From Blastocatellia bacterium (GTDB lineage Bacteria > Acidobacteriota > Blastocatellia > UBA7656), in the NCBI GenBank assembly GCA_035258805.1, contig DATFWY010000251.1, positions 843-64,842 of the forward strand: a stretch of DNA of 64,000 nucleotides, in the 5' to 3' direction. Below, piece after piece: positions 17,066 through 27,158 of this stretch. The notes under the pieces were generated by a model. The model was not told where the DNA came from, ran no database searches, and saw only the letters and a program-made list of their open reading frames with translations. The position numbers were made by a program, and so were the translations under genes. The first letter of the stretch is position 1. The number at the start of each line of letters is the position of its first letter.

Positions 17066-18189
17066 CCACCTATGCCGTGGACTAGAGCGGTATTAGCATT
17101 ATGAACTTGCCGGTCTCCGCACTCGCCCCGCAGTTGGCGCACAGCTTCGATGATCAAGAAAATACCCAGGGCGCCAGGGTGCGTATAGCTCAAGCCGCCC
17201 CCAGAAGTATTTGTAGGTAGTGCGCCACTCGGGCCTATCCGACCCCCGCTCACAAAGCTGCCTCCCTCCCCTTTGTTACAAAAACCAAGGTCTTCAAGGG
17301 CCAATATCACGGAGATAGTAAAAGAATCATATATCTCGATCAGATCGATATCCGACGCCGTCATCCCGGCCATACCGTATGCTTGGCGGCCTGAATTGAC
17401 TGCTTCAGTAATGGTAGCATTCGACATTTGAGTGATCGTGTTATGGCTCGTTGCGAACCCTGAACCGAGCACAAACACGGGCGCTTTGCGCAGATCCCGA
17501 GCTCTCTCCGCCGACGTAATGACTACCGCCCCGCCTCCGTCGGTCATCAAACAACAATCGAGCCTTCGAAGGGGCTTGGAGATCATTGGGGAGTCAAGCA
17601 CGTCCTTCACCGTTATCGGCTGTCGCATCACCGCCTTTGGATTTAGCATCGCCCATCGGCGGCTCGATACAGCCACTTCGGCCATTTGTTCTGAAGTGGT
17701 CCCGTATTCGTGCATGTGTCTTGCTGCAGCGAGCGCATATGCGGAGATGGGGGAGAGGTCACCATAAGGCGTTTCGAACTGGGCGGCCGGCATTTGCGGG
17801 TCAACACCGCCTCCCTCTATAACGCGCCTGCGATCCGACCACAGCGAACTTCCGTATGTAATAAGCACTACCTCGCATAATCCCGCTGAGATCGCAAGCG
17901 CCGCGTGCTCAACAAGCGATTCAAAAGCCGAGCCGCCGGTCACGGTTGTGTCGGTAAATCGAAGCCGTAGTCCCAGATATTCCGCGATCTGTAGACTTGG
18001 CAATCCTAAGAAACCCACTGCCATCAGTGAATCGACATCCGACAGCTTCAACCCTGCGTCATTCAGCGCTCTTTTTGCAGCGAGCGCCTGATGCTGCAAA
18101 GCAGTTAACGGTATTCCCTGACCGCAGTCCGACTCGGCCACTCCTGCAATTGCGACGACTCTATTGAAAGCACCTGATTTCAGCCGCAC
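17026..18189 (-). CDS. Thiolase-superfamily protein (SCP-x/Ltp2-like, no nucleophilic Cys)
   Basis: AIAGVAES, DCCLMTDGGGA, EIYDSF, NTSGGGLSYTHPG; TGGSAF sits where thiolases have CAS. Confidence 0.9.
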   Translation of the reverse strand: MRLKSGAFNRVVAIAGVAESDCGQGIPLTALQHQALAAKRALNDAGLKLSDVDSLMAVGFLGLPSLQIAEYLGLRLRFTDTTVTGGSAFESLVEHAALAISAGLCEVVLITYGSSLWSDRRRVIEGGGVDPQMPAAQFETPYGDLSPISAYALAAARHMHEYGTTSEQMAEVAVSSRRWAMLNPKAVMRQPITVKDVLDSPMISKPLRRLDCCLMTDGGGAVVITSAERARDLRKAPVFVLGSGFATSHNTITQMSNATITEAVNSGRQAYGMAGMTASDIDLIEIYDSFTISVILALEDLGFCNKGEGGSFVSGGRIGPSGALPTNTSGGGLSYTHPGALGIFLIIEAVRQLRGECGDRQVHNANTALVHGIGGWLSSHATLILGN

Positions 18190-18199
18190 CTCCGCGAAA

Positions 18200-19645
18200 T
18201 TACATTAATATGATCGCAATTATTGTTGTCGCCGCCAGACCGAGTGTCACCGGAATAAAATTCTTGGCCGCCAATTCTTGTGGAGAAACCCTGCAGATGG
18301 CTGCTACCGGCACAACCCCCCACGGGATGATACAGCCGCCGCCCACCCACACCGTGGCAATTTGTCCGAGCGCCGCGATAGTACTAGCCTTCAGGGTGGC
18401 GACGGATGCGAACGCACCCGCAAGCGAACCCGTGAGCGGCAGCCCGCTGAACCCCGAGCCTACCAAGCCGACGACGCCACCAATGGTCGTCTCCATCAAA
18501 CCGACCGAGATGCGACTGAGCGGCAACACATTTGAGAGCGCACCCGCAAGATCGAACAGCAGACCTCGCGCACCTTCGCCGAAAACCTGTTTGGCGATAT
18601 CAGCCGAGCCCAGATAAAAGAATGAAGCGATGATTATCACCGGCGTGAAAATCTTCATGCCAAAACTGAACCCTTTGATTAGATAGTCGGTGATCATATC
18701 GAAGGCTTCAGCTCGTTTATCCAGGAGCGTGAAGATCGCCAGCAACAGGAGTGTAACTCCGCCGATTATCGACGTTGCTTCACCGCCGCGTATGCGGAAC
18801 GCAATCAGGGCGACGACCACCAGAAGATATGTGAGCGGCACGACACCCGCAGCAACGCGCGCAAGAAGTGCCGGTCTCGGTGGGTCTATTGTTACAGTTG
18901 TAATCTCCGCGGACGCATTGGCAGTACCAACCCCGAATGCGCCAACCGCGGCTTCGGTCGTCAGGTCCCCTGATTTTGACGCTTCTGCGTCCTCGAGTTC
19001 TCGTGCATGTGCTGCAATGTCGCGGCGCGCAATCAGAAAGGACGCCGTCACCGTTACAATGCTCATTGTTAGAATGAGTGGAATTCCACTCAACATAACC
19101 GACTCTACCGGCAAATTCGCTGCCTTCGCACTTATGTTTGGCGCACCCTGGATCACATAGTCCGTTGAGAGCGCAATGCCGTGACCAAAGATGTTCATCG
19201 CCACAGCGGCCGAGATTGCGGGGAGTCTGACCGAGGAAGCCGCTGGTACCAGGACCGCTCCAACCAGCGCGGTAGCAGGTGACGGCCAAAGAAAATAAGA
19301 GGCGACCAGCATCACGAGACCGATTACCCAAAAGGCGATCTCCGGAGACTTCATGAGCTTGCGGGCAGGCGCCACCATCAATTGTTCGGCCCGCATGGCC
19401 TCGAGCCCCGCAGCCAGCCCTACAATCATCGAGATGACTAATATGATATCCAACAACTCTCTCGTGGCTATTACCGAGGATTTGAATACAGTCTCGATCG
19501 CACCTAGCGGAGAACCGGTAATCGTCCAACCAAGGATGAAAGAGCCAGCTATACATGGTATGAGCGCATCGCGCCTTGCGGCCATCGTTATGATGACCGC
19601 TATCACAAACACTGCGTAGATCCAATGGGCTGCAGTCAAGTGCAT
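18200..19645 (-). CDS. Multi-pass membrane protein, putative transporter
   Basis: About 12 hydrophobic segments; likely ATG 19645 (track start 19729). Confidence 0.8.
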   Translation of the reverse strand: MHLTAAHWIYAVFVIAVIITMAARRDALIPCIAGSFILGWTITGSPLGAIETVFKSSVIATRELLDIILVISMIVGLAAGLEAMRAEQLMVAPARKLMKSPEIAFWVIGLVMLVASYFLWPSPATALVGAVLVPAASSVRLPAISAAVAMNIFGHGIALSTDYVIQGAPNISAKAANLPVESVMLSGIPLILTMSIVTVTASFLIARRDIAAHARELEDAEASKSGDLTTEAAVGAFGVGTANASAEITTVTIDPPRPALLARVAAGVVPLTYLLVVVALIAFRIRGGEATSIIGGVTLLLLAIFTLLDKRAEAFDMITDYLIKGFSFGMKIFTPVIIIASFFYLGSADIAKQVFGEGARGLLFDLAGALSNVLPLSRISVGLMETTIGGVVGLVGSGFSGLPLTGSLAGAFASVATLKASTIAALGQIATVWVGGGCIIPWGVVPVAAICRVSPQELAAKNFIPVTLGLAATTIIAIILM

Positions 19646-19689
19646 GAAATGTCTTTGATCCGTGGTTAAATCCGTGCCGTGGCGATTGT

Positions 19690-21297
19690 TCAGCGTCTCA
19701 GCTGATAACCCGCCGCCTCGCGGTCCCATGTTTCAGCGTTGTTACCTTCGGCCTGAAGCTTGTACTTCTCAACTCGCTGAGTGGGTGTCTTAGGCAACTG
19801 TTCGCGGAATTCAACAAAGCGGGGAACCATGAAATACGCCATGCGACTTTCGCAAAACGCGATCAAGTCTTCAGGCTGCAATTTTTCTCCTTCCTTCAGA
19901 ACCACAATTATTTTGAGATCATCCTCGCCAAGATCAGAAGGGACAGGTATCGCAGCAGACTCAAGCACACTCTCGTGTTGATTCACAATGCACTCTACCT
20001 CGAAAGCAGAGATATTCTCTCCCCGTCGCCGAATTGATTCTTTTTTTCTGCCAACGAAGTAAAGGAATCCGTCTTGATCCATATAACCGAGGTCCCCGGT
20101 GTGGAACCACAGGTTTGAGAAGGCGCTTAGAGTCTCTTCCGGCATGTTGTAGTAACCGGACATCATTGTATAAGGCTCCCGCGTACGCATTACGATTTCG
20201 CCTATTTGGCGTGGACCGAGCGATAGATCGTTCTCATCAACTATTCTCACTTCACTGTTGCCGGTCGGTCTTCCGCAACAACCGGGTCGCCGAGGTTCAG
20301 CAATAGCAGGAGGCGCAACAATCCCTTCTGTCAGTCCAAACGTCTCATAGACGACTCGTAACCCGAATCGTCTTTCGAATCCTTCCAGGTCGTCGGGAGG
20401 TGGAACAACCATCGCGAGACGAACTTTGTGATCTTGATCATCGGGGCGCTGCGACGCCTTATAGAGGATATTGCCCATGGCCCCCAAAGCAAGAAACACG
20501 GTCGCCCGTGAGCGCCTTATCTCACTCCAGAAGGTGCTGGCGCTGAAGTGCTCATACATCGAGACCCGCGCGTCAAACAGCAGCGCAGCCATCAGTGTGC
20601 AGACTTGAGCGTTGACGTGAAAGAGCGGTAAACAGGTGTAGAGTGTGTCCTCTGGCCCGTTCCTCATTCCGCTTCCGATCGTCATGGCTGCGTGATAATA
20701 ATAATGATGGCTCATCACCACCCCTTTGGAAGGTCCGGTGGTGCCGCTGGTGAACAGAATTGTCATTGGATCGGAATGTTTGACCTGGGCATACGCGAGC
20801 TCGGCCGACTCAGAGAGCAAAGCAGAGAGTGGGCGTAAGCAAATATCCCCGATTGGTTTAGCCACGCGGTTTGAATCGCTCCAGTCTCTTATGTAGACCG
20901 TCTTGACCTTTCCTATGCCGTTTCCGATCTCAAGGATGCGATCGACAAGAAGAGAATCTGTTATCACTGCTTCAACATCCGATTTGTCTAGCAGGTATCC
21001 CAGCAGATCCCCTTTCTGGGCTGTATTGATCGGAACCATCACCGCTCCGATCTTCGCTAGTCCAAACCAGGAGTAAAGATATTCAGGACAATTAGGCAGC
21101 ATGATGGCGACCTTGGTACCATAACCAATCTTGTTTTGCAGAAAGCCATTCGCTATTCGGTTCGCAATATTGTCCAAATCTTTGTAGGAAACATTAAGTT
21201 CCCCTTTGAAATCCAGGAAGACACGGTCGCCGTGTACGCGGGCCTGTTGACCGAGTACGTTTCCAAGCACTCTCTCTTTGACTGGTAGGTCTAACAC
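19690..21297 (-). CDS. ATP-dependent acyl-CoA ligase (CaiC-like)
   Basis: FTSGTTGPSKG, YETFGLTE, WFHTGDLG, RRRGENIS, PKTPTQRVEK. Confidence 0.92.
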   Translation of the reverse strand: MLDLPVKERVLGNVLGQQARVHGDRVFLDFKGELNVSYKDLDNIANRIANGFLQNKIGYGTKVAIMLPNCPEYLYSWFGLAKIGAVMVPINTAQKGDLLGYLLDKSDVEAVITDSLLVDRILEIGNGIGKVKTVYIRDWSDSNRVAKPIGDICLRPLSALLSESAELAYAQVKHSDPMTILFTSGTTGPSKGVVMSHHYYYHAAMTIGSGMRNGPEDTLYTCLPLFHVNAQVCTLMAALLFDARVSMYEHFSASTFWSEIRRSRATVFLALGAMGNILYKASQRPDDQDHKVRLAMVVPPPDDLEGFERRFGLRVVYETFGLTEGIVAPPAIAEPRRPGCCGRPTGNSEVRIVDENDLSLGPRQIGEIVMRTREPYTMMSGYYNMPEETLSAFSNLWFHTGDLGYMDQDGFLYFVGRKKESIRRRGENISAFEVECIVNQHESVLESAAIPVPSDLGEDDLKIIVVLKEGEKLQPEDLIAFCESRMAYFMVPRFVEFREQLPKTPTQRVEKYKLQAEGNNAETWDREAAGYQLRR

Positions 21298-21383
21298 GTT
21301 AGTGATGCAGCTTAGATCAGCAAAACGCCATTGAAGCGATCACCTGAATATTCGACGTCGCTTCTCTTCGTTCAGGAGGCGCT

Positions 21384-22202
21384 TCATGGATTGCGTAACC
21401 GTCGGCTCTGGACTCGACTGGAAATAGAGCGGAAGGGTCGTTCTCCAATTTGATCCAGAACCCATCTTGTGATGCCTTCTTCGATAGGTTCCCGTTTCGG
21501 ATGCTCCGAGCGCCATACACTGAACATTGTTGTAGCAATGCCAATATCAGCGAAAACCCAGATGCGACTACTCGGATTGCGAGTTAGATTGTAAGCGGCT
21601 GCCATATCCTGAAATCCTGTTCGGTCCTCCTTGCTCACAATCAGGAGCAGAGCCGCGGATCGTTGAGCCCCTATTGCCTTCTTTGCTGATTCGCTAAGAC
21701 GACCGGATATCAAAACGATTGCTTTGATCCTTGGATCCCCTACCGAGCCGAGGATAGCCGCATCCGCGCTCTCCTCTTCTGCCACAATTGCGATCCTCGC
21801 AGGATCAACTGACTCCTGGCCGGCTAGAAACTTGATTGCTCCTCTGACATCGAGGTAGATCTTAGACAACTCGTCGGAGCTGAACGAATGCAACTCCTTT
21901 TTACCCATGCTACTCCCACGACCACGAAGATCTATGCGAAGCGTGGACACACCTTTCCCGCCGATGATCTGTGCAAGGCCGGGATACAGATACTGGCCAT
22001 AGGCTTCACGGTCGTGCGCAAAAGCGTGCAGAAACAACACCGCCGGAGTCTTGTGCGTATCGTTCTTTGGAGCATTAAACATCCCTGATATGGTCCACCC
22101 GTCCTCGGTTTTAAAGGATACTTCTCGCTCGGTCGCAGCCTGATCTGCTGCTGGCTGCGCTGACGGGGTAAGTAATATCGCGAGCAACAGGATTGAGTTC
22201 AT
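21384..22202 (-). CDS. Secreted alpha/beta-hydrolase-fold protein, single A-type domain, triad absent
   Basis: Signal peptide; EVSFKTEDGW, IDLRGRGSS, RIAIVAEEES, LISGRLS. Confidence 0.85.
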   Translation of the reverse strand: MNSILLLAILLTPSAQPAADQAATEREVSFKTEDGWTISGMFNAPKNDTHKTPAVLFLHAFAHDREAYGQYLYPGLAQIIGGKGVSTLRIDLRGRGSSMGKKELHSFSSDELSKIYLDVRGAIKFLAGQESVDPARIAIVAEEESADAAILGSVGDPRIKAIVLISGRLSESAKKAIGAQRSAALLLIVSKEDRTGFQDMAAAYNLTRNPSSRIWVFADIGIATTMFSVWRSEHPKREPIEEGITRWVLDQIGERPFRSISSRVQSRRLRNP

Positions 22203-22240
22203 CTACAAGTTCCATTTAAGAAGCTATTGATCAGATCCAA

Positions 22241-23641
22241 CTACAGGTGCTCCTTCATCCACAGTGACAGGCGTGCAATCAGGTTGTGATCAAGTTCGAA
22301 TAGCTGATATCCGATCGCTCCGCCGTCATAAACTATGATTTCACTCCCTTTCGCCTTCGTGAGACCGTACATTTCGGTCAGCGCTTTTGTTACTGCTTCA
22401 TGTCCGCGGCTCGTCACATAAAGCACGGGGCGGCTTTGAGTGGCGAAGTAAGCCTTTTCCTTTTCTGTAGGAATATAACCGGTCAGCACTACAGCGGTCT
22501 TAATCCTCGGTTCCTCTGCCGCCGCCGCCATTGCGTATTTTGCGCCAATCACAGTTCCTATAATTCCGATTCGTGTTGAATCGACTTCGGGACGAGTTGC
22601 CAGGTAATTTACGGCCGCTTTTGCATCGAGATTGCCCTTATCGCGCTCTGCTTTTGACAATTCAAAGTAATGTCCCTTGCCGGTGCTCTTGCCCTTACCG
22701 CGCCAATCAATGTTCAGGACCGCGAATCCGGATCTTGCTAGAGCGAATTCGAGCTCATGATAAGCGTAGCGATCACTAAGCCCGGAATGAAGGAGAATAA
22801 CCGCCGGCACTTTTACTTCTTTTTTTTGCGGCAGTCGGAGGTTCGCATACAGCGCCCACTCATCTTCTGTTTGAAAGGACACCTCGCTAACCGTGCCGTC
22901 AGCTAAGAGCCGGTTCGCAATCCACTGACCTATTGAAGTACTAAGCGGTATTTCATCCGGGTACTTTTTACTGAAAGACTGCAACATCGCTGTTCCAATG
23001 CCAAGATCGTTGAACACACGAATCTCGGCATTACTTTCTTTGGACCGAAAATACGTGTCGGTCATATCCGCGAATCCCTTTTTGTCTTCCGCACTGACAA
23101 CAAGGAGGAGAGAAAGATCCTTCGATTTGGCAATTTGTTCCTTTGCCCCGTCGTCGAGTCTGCCAGAGAGCAAAGCAATCGCTCCGACTCGCGTATCTCC
23201 TCTGCACCCGTCGACTGCTGCCTGGGCATCGGCGCTGGCTGCTACGATACCCAAGCGCGAGGCATCGATGCCTTTTTGTGCACCCAAAAACTCGAGAGCG
23301 GCCCTGACATCAAGCCGTGTTTGGGAGAGCGCGATTCTGGACGCACCCTTCTGCTCAAGGGTTAAAGTCGCCGCACCTGCGGCGGTGATAATTGGAACGA
23401 GTTGGTTGAGGTCGGAGATAGATTTCTCTTTACCAGCTACGCGATCGATGTTGGGAGCTGGAAGGATTACGACAGCCGGTATACTATCTTGCGCGTTCTG
23501 AGGCATTGCCAGCGTTGCGTTGACGGTCTGCCCTCGCTGATTCTTAAAGGAGACAGGAAGGTCAGCGGCGAGGACTCTTCTGGTAAACAATGGGTAGAAC
23601 AGTGCGATTAAGAACAAGAAAAGCACGGCCCGTTGTTTCAT
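22241..23641 (-). CDS. Secreted tandem (A+B) alpha/beta-hydrolase-fold protein, triad absent
   Basis: Signal peptide; two domains; IDWRGKGKS, GTVIG elbow, YDGGAIGYQLF. Confidence 0.88.
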   Translation of the reverse strand: MKQRAVLFLFLIALFYPLFTRRVLAADLPVSFKNQRGQTVNATLAMPQNAQDSIPAVVILPAPNIDRVAGKEKSISDLNQLVPIITAAGAATLTLEQKGASRIALSQTRLDVRAALEFLGAQKGIDASRLGIVAASADAQAAVDGCRGDTRVGAIALLSGRLDDGAKEQIAKSKDLSLLLVVSAEDKKGFADMTDTYFRSKESNAEIRVFNDLGIGTAMLQSFSKKYPDEIPLSTSIGQWIANRLLADGTVSEVSFQTEDEWALYANLRLPQKKEVKVPAVILLHSGLSDRYAYHELEFALARSGFAVLNIDWRGKGKSTGKGHYFELSKAERDKGNLDAKAAVNYLATRPEVDSTRIGIIGTVIGAKYAMAAAAEEPRIKTAVVLTGYIPTEKEKAYFATQSRPVLYVTSRGHEAVTKALTEMYGLTKAKGSEIIVYDGGAIGYQLFELDHNLIARLSLWMKEHL

Positions 23642-23764
23642 GGATTCAGTTCCTATTGAGCCAACAAGAGCAGGCCAAGATGGCGAAACAGCGTGACTTG
23701 CTATGGCGTCGTACCGGCTCTGCTAAAAAGGGGTTCCCAGGACAAAATCCGCAATGTAGCTGCC

Positions 23765-23815
23765 GACTGATTGATCGGTCGGAGGATTATATGAACGCCC
23801 AAATATCATTGTCAA
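23765..23815 (-). promoter_or_regulatory. sigma70 promoter plus palindromic operator O1
   Basis: TTGACA (23815-23810), 18-bp spacer, TATAAT (23791-23786); GACTGATTGATCGGTC at 23765-23780. Confidence 0.85.
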
Positions 23816-23932
23816 GATCGCGCGCTTAATCGTCGACCTTTGATAGATTGGGATCGCGACTCAACACGCACTTGTTGATCTTGATTCCATTGCGTTCTAG
23901 GAGAAAACTGGCGCGACGAACAGTCGGCACGA

Positions 23933-26068
23933 CTACCGGCGCGTCGCAAGATTATTTAACAGTATAGAAACAGTGTCAGAGTCGCGATTTGCCACAGCTA
24001 AGTCGAGCTTCCCATCATTGTTAAAATCTGCGGCAGTAATCCCGCGCGTCGCCGCTGCGGCACCAAAACTTAACCCCGCCCGAAATCCTCCCTTGCCGTC
24101 GCCGAGCACCACCGAGACGGTTGCCGATCCAAAATTCACAACCGCCAGGTCCAAATTCCCGTCACCGTTGAAATCCCCTGCCGTTAGTACCGCCGAGGTT
24201 TCGCCGGCCGCAACATTCTGCGGTTGACCGAAGCGTCCTGCACCATCGCCGTACAACACCGATATGCTCGCTTCCGCTGTATTCGCTGTTGCGCCATCCA
24301 GCTTGCCGTCTTTATTGAAGTCACCAACAACAATCGAAAAGGGACCGCGGCCGGTTGCAAAATCGACGGCTTCTTTGAACCCGCCCTTTCCATCACCCAG
24401 CAATACCGAGACGCTCGACGAGCCGAGGTTCGCAGTTACTAAATCAATGTTTCCGTCGTTATTCAGATCTCCGGCCGCAACCCCGCTGGGCCCGCGCCCA
24501 GTTTTATAGTTAACAGCAGCGGAGAAGCTGCCGCTTCCATTCCCAAGCAATACCGAGATGGTATTTGAGTCCCGGTTCACAACGGCCACATCCAAATGAC
24601 CGTCCTTATTGAAATCCTGCACAACTAGAAAGCTCGGGCCGCCTCCGGTCTTAAAACTTGTTGGAGCTGAAAAACCTCCCTTGCCATCGCCCAACAGGAT
24701 TGCGACATCACCAGAGTTGTCGTTGCCTACAACCAGGTCCAGATTCCCATCGCTATTGAAATCTCCCGCGCCGACTGCTCGAGGTCCGTCGCCGGCTCCG
24801 AACTGAGTTGGCGCTCCGAATCCTCCCCTTCCGTCTCCGAGAACGATCGCGACTTTTGTGGGGAAAGCAGTCACCGCAAGGTCAATGTTTCCGTCCTTAT
24901 TAAAATCGGCGGCGACCAGTGCTCGTGGGAAATGTCCTACCGGGTAATTTGGACAGTCGATTAGTCCGCCCCTTCCGTCGCCAGGAAGGATCGAAACACT
25001 TTCCGAATCGCGGTTGGACACGGCAACATCCGGGTTTCCATCCTTGTTGAAGTCGGCTATACCGACGGCAATAGGAAAGTCTCCGACCTTAAAGTTCTTT
25101 GCAGTCGAGAAACTTCCCCGACCGTCGCCACTCAACACCGAAACTGTCCCGGAGAGACGATTCGCTGTCACCAAATCGGCGTGTCCATCTCGATTCAAGT
25201 CAGCACTGCAAATGTATTGCGGTTCAGCACCAACATTGAAATGTTTCGGTGGAGAAAAATGAGCGGTGCCATCGCCGATCCAGACGGTCACAAAACCGGA
25301 CTTCGGATGTGCGGTGACAAGGTCTTGCTTGCCATCCTCGTTAACATCGGCGGAGATTACAGAAATTGGATTATCACCAACGCCCAAATCATCTCCCGGC
25401 TTAAAAGCTCCTTTTCCGTCTCCGAGCAGGATGGTAACGTTCGCAGAGCGCCTGTTGGCGACTGCGAGATCGAGGTTGCCGTCACGGTTAAAGTCCGCGC
25501 AGGCGATTGAACGCGGCTCGCTTCCCGCCCTCACGGTGAGTGGTTCTCGAAAACCACCCTTGCTGTCTCCTAACAAAACGGAAACACTGTTCGAGAAGCC
25601 ATTGGATACAGCAATGTCTGCCGCCGCGTCGTGGTTGAAATCTCCGGACACGACCGAGGTAGGACCATCACCAACTGGGTAGTTTTTAACTTGGTTCATA
25701 CCCCGGTGACCGTCTGAGATCAATACTGACACATTGGCTGAGAGCCAGTTCGCCACGACGATATCCGAATGGCCGTCGCCGTTGAGGTCTGAGAGGATGA
25801 CGGCGATCGGCGCGCTGCCGACGGCGATCCTGGTTTCCGAGTCTAAGCCGCCGGAGGCATTACCGAAGAAGACCGAGACAGCGCCGGATCCAAAATCTGC
25901 TGAGACCAAGTCGAGGTTTCCGTCGCTGTCGATGTCAGCGATGGCGATGGAGGCGGGGTAGTGTTTGACTGTGATTTCGCGTCGAGCTTGAAAGGAAATC
26001 TCCTGGCCTGGCGCAACTATGAGGCCGGTTAGCAGTGACATGAGGAGCGTTGACAACAAGATTCTCAT
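23933..26068 (-). CDS. Secreted FG-GAP/VCBS repeat protein (14 repeats)
   Basis: Signal peptide and 14 D-x-N/D-x-D-G/A-x-x-D motifs counted. Confidence 0.93.
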   Translation of the reverse strand: MRILLSTLLMSLLTGLIVAPGQEISFQARREITVKHYPASIAIADIDSDGNLDLVSADFGSGAVSVFFGNASGGLDSETRIAVGSAPIAVILSDLNGDGHSDIVVANWLSANVSVLISDGHRGMNQVKNYPVGDGPTSVVSGDFNHDAAADIAVSNGFSNSVSVLLGDSKGGFREPLTVRAGSEPRSIACADFNRDGNLDLAVANRRSANVTILLGDGKGAFKPGDDLGVGDNPISVISADVNEDGKQDLVTAHPKSGFVTVWIGDGTAHFSPPKHFNVGAEPQYICSADLNRDGHADLVTANRLSGTVSVLSGDGRGSFSTAKNFKVGDFPIAVGIADFNKDGNPDVAVSNRDSESVSILPGDGRGGLIDCPNYPVGHFPRALVAADFNKDGNIDLAVTAFPTKVAIVLGDGRGGFGAPTQFGAGDGPRAVGAGDFNSDGNLDLVVGNDNSGDVAILLGDGKGGFSAPTSFKTGGGPSFLVVQDFNKDGHLDVAVVNRDSNTISVLLGNGSGSFSAAVNYKTGRGPSGVAAGDLNNDGNIDLVTANLGSSSVSVLLGDGKGGFKEAVDFATGRGPFSIVVGDFNKDGKLDGATANTAEASISVLYGDGAGRFGQPQNVAAGETSAVLTAGDFNGDGNLDLAVVNFGSATVSVVLGDGKGGFRAGLSFGAAAATRGITAADFNNDGKLDLAVANRDSDTVSILLNNLATRR

Positions 26069-26083
26069 AATCGCTCAAGGCCT

Positions 26084-26130
26084 GACCGATCAGTCAGTCA
26101 GATACTACTTACAGTCGTTTCATCAGTCAA
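26084..26130 (-). promoter_or_regulatory. sigma70-like promoter plus operator O2
   Basis: TTGACT (26130-26125), 17-bp spacer, TAGTAT (26107-26102); minus-strand GACTGACTGATCGGTC at 26099-26084. Confidence 0.75.
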
Positions 26131-26229
26131 TTGGAGATTTGTATCAACTCCGATGATTGGAGTTTTATGCGCAGAATCTGGGTTAGATCCTGGCGGTTCC
26201 GTCGCGTCCGATGCTTGCTGGCACATTTC

Positions 26230-26277
26230 TTGACAAGCTTCCCTCTTTATGCTACGGTCGCGACTGATCGGTCAGTC
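26230..26277 (+). promoter_or_regulatory. sigma70-like promoter plus operator O3
   Basis: TTGACA (26230-26235), 17-bp spacer, TACGGT (26253-26258); GACTGATCGGTCAGTC at 26262-26277. Confidence 0.75.
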
Positions 26278-26399
26278 ATCCTGAATATCGAACAATAAGA
26301 AGCGCTCAAGGGGACGCTCCCGTGAGGGGGAGCTAGGCAAGGTTTCCTGAATCCACGCGTGGCCCAGAATTCCGTGCAAATCATCTAGGACACCGTGTA

Positions 26400-27002
26400 A
26401 TGTCGATGACAGATATTCATTTCACCACGACCTCCGCCAAAGTCTTCGCGCCGCTGCTCCGGCTCCTATATCAGAGCGGCTTCTTCTTCGCACCTGTCTT
26501 TCTTTCAGTGATGACCATCCCAGCCATCGCCCTGTTCATATGGGTCGTCAAGAAAATACGGCGCAACCGCACCCTCAGCGCTACTTCACGCACGATCCGG
26601 ATCTTCTGGTTCTCCTTCTATTTCTATATCTCCTGGATGGCACTGAATTCTCTCGCAGTCGGATTTAAGACAATGATTGTAGAAGAGCTTGTATACCAGG
26701 AGCGGAAATGGTTCGAACCTTATCTGCCTGGAATTCACTTCTATATTACTAGTGCGTGCCTCGCTTATCTCGCCCTTATCGTCAATTCGCGGTACCGGTT
26801 CATAGATCTGCTGCTTGCCATTTACTTGCAAGTCGCGCTTATTGCGGGCTATGCGACCGCAGGTTACAGAACTTTCAACGAGGATCGAGACGGCGCTATC
26901 GGAGGAGTTCTCCTCCTTCTCTTTTTCGCAGTGTGCAACTACGACCTAGTCAAGCGTGTATACAAGAGTCGCGCTTGGCAGCTTCTGCCGCAGCCTGCGT
27001 AG
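26400..27002 (+). CDS. Hypothetical membrane protein (~5 TM)
   Basis: 200-aa hydrophobic ORF downstream of promoter O3. Confidence 0.75.
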   Translation: MSMTDIHFTTTSAKVFAPLLRLLYQSGFFFAPVFLSVMTIPAIALFIWVVKKIRRNRTLSATSRTIRIFWFSFYFYISWMALNSLAVGFKTMIVEELVYQERKWFEPYLPGIHFYITSACLAYLALIVNSRYRFIDLLLAIYLQVALIAGYATAGYRTFNEDRDGAIGGVLLLLFFAVCNYDLVKRVYKSRAWQLLPQPA

Positions 27003-27158
27003 AAGCTTGAGGATCAACCTGTCTGAGGCGGGCTAGGGTTGTCTCTTTTTCATAATGTGTTCGGTCAGCCTGGAATTGCTGGAAAGAGCCATTCGCGGCT
27101 GCACCGGGCAATGTGAATGATACAGATTAGCGTTTCGGCGGGTTCCGAGGGCAAACTG

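Noticed and set aside
16604-21297. Assigning steroid or carnitine catabolism
   Set aside because: The families match, but the diagnostic partner genes (hydratases, acyl-CoA dehydrogenases, CaiA/B/D/T) are absent.
23933-26068. Periodic DNA repeats that might suggest a CRISPR or tandem array
   Set aside because: They are codon-level FG-GAP protein repeats; no identical direct repeats with spacers and no cas genes in the window.
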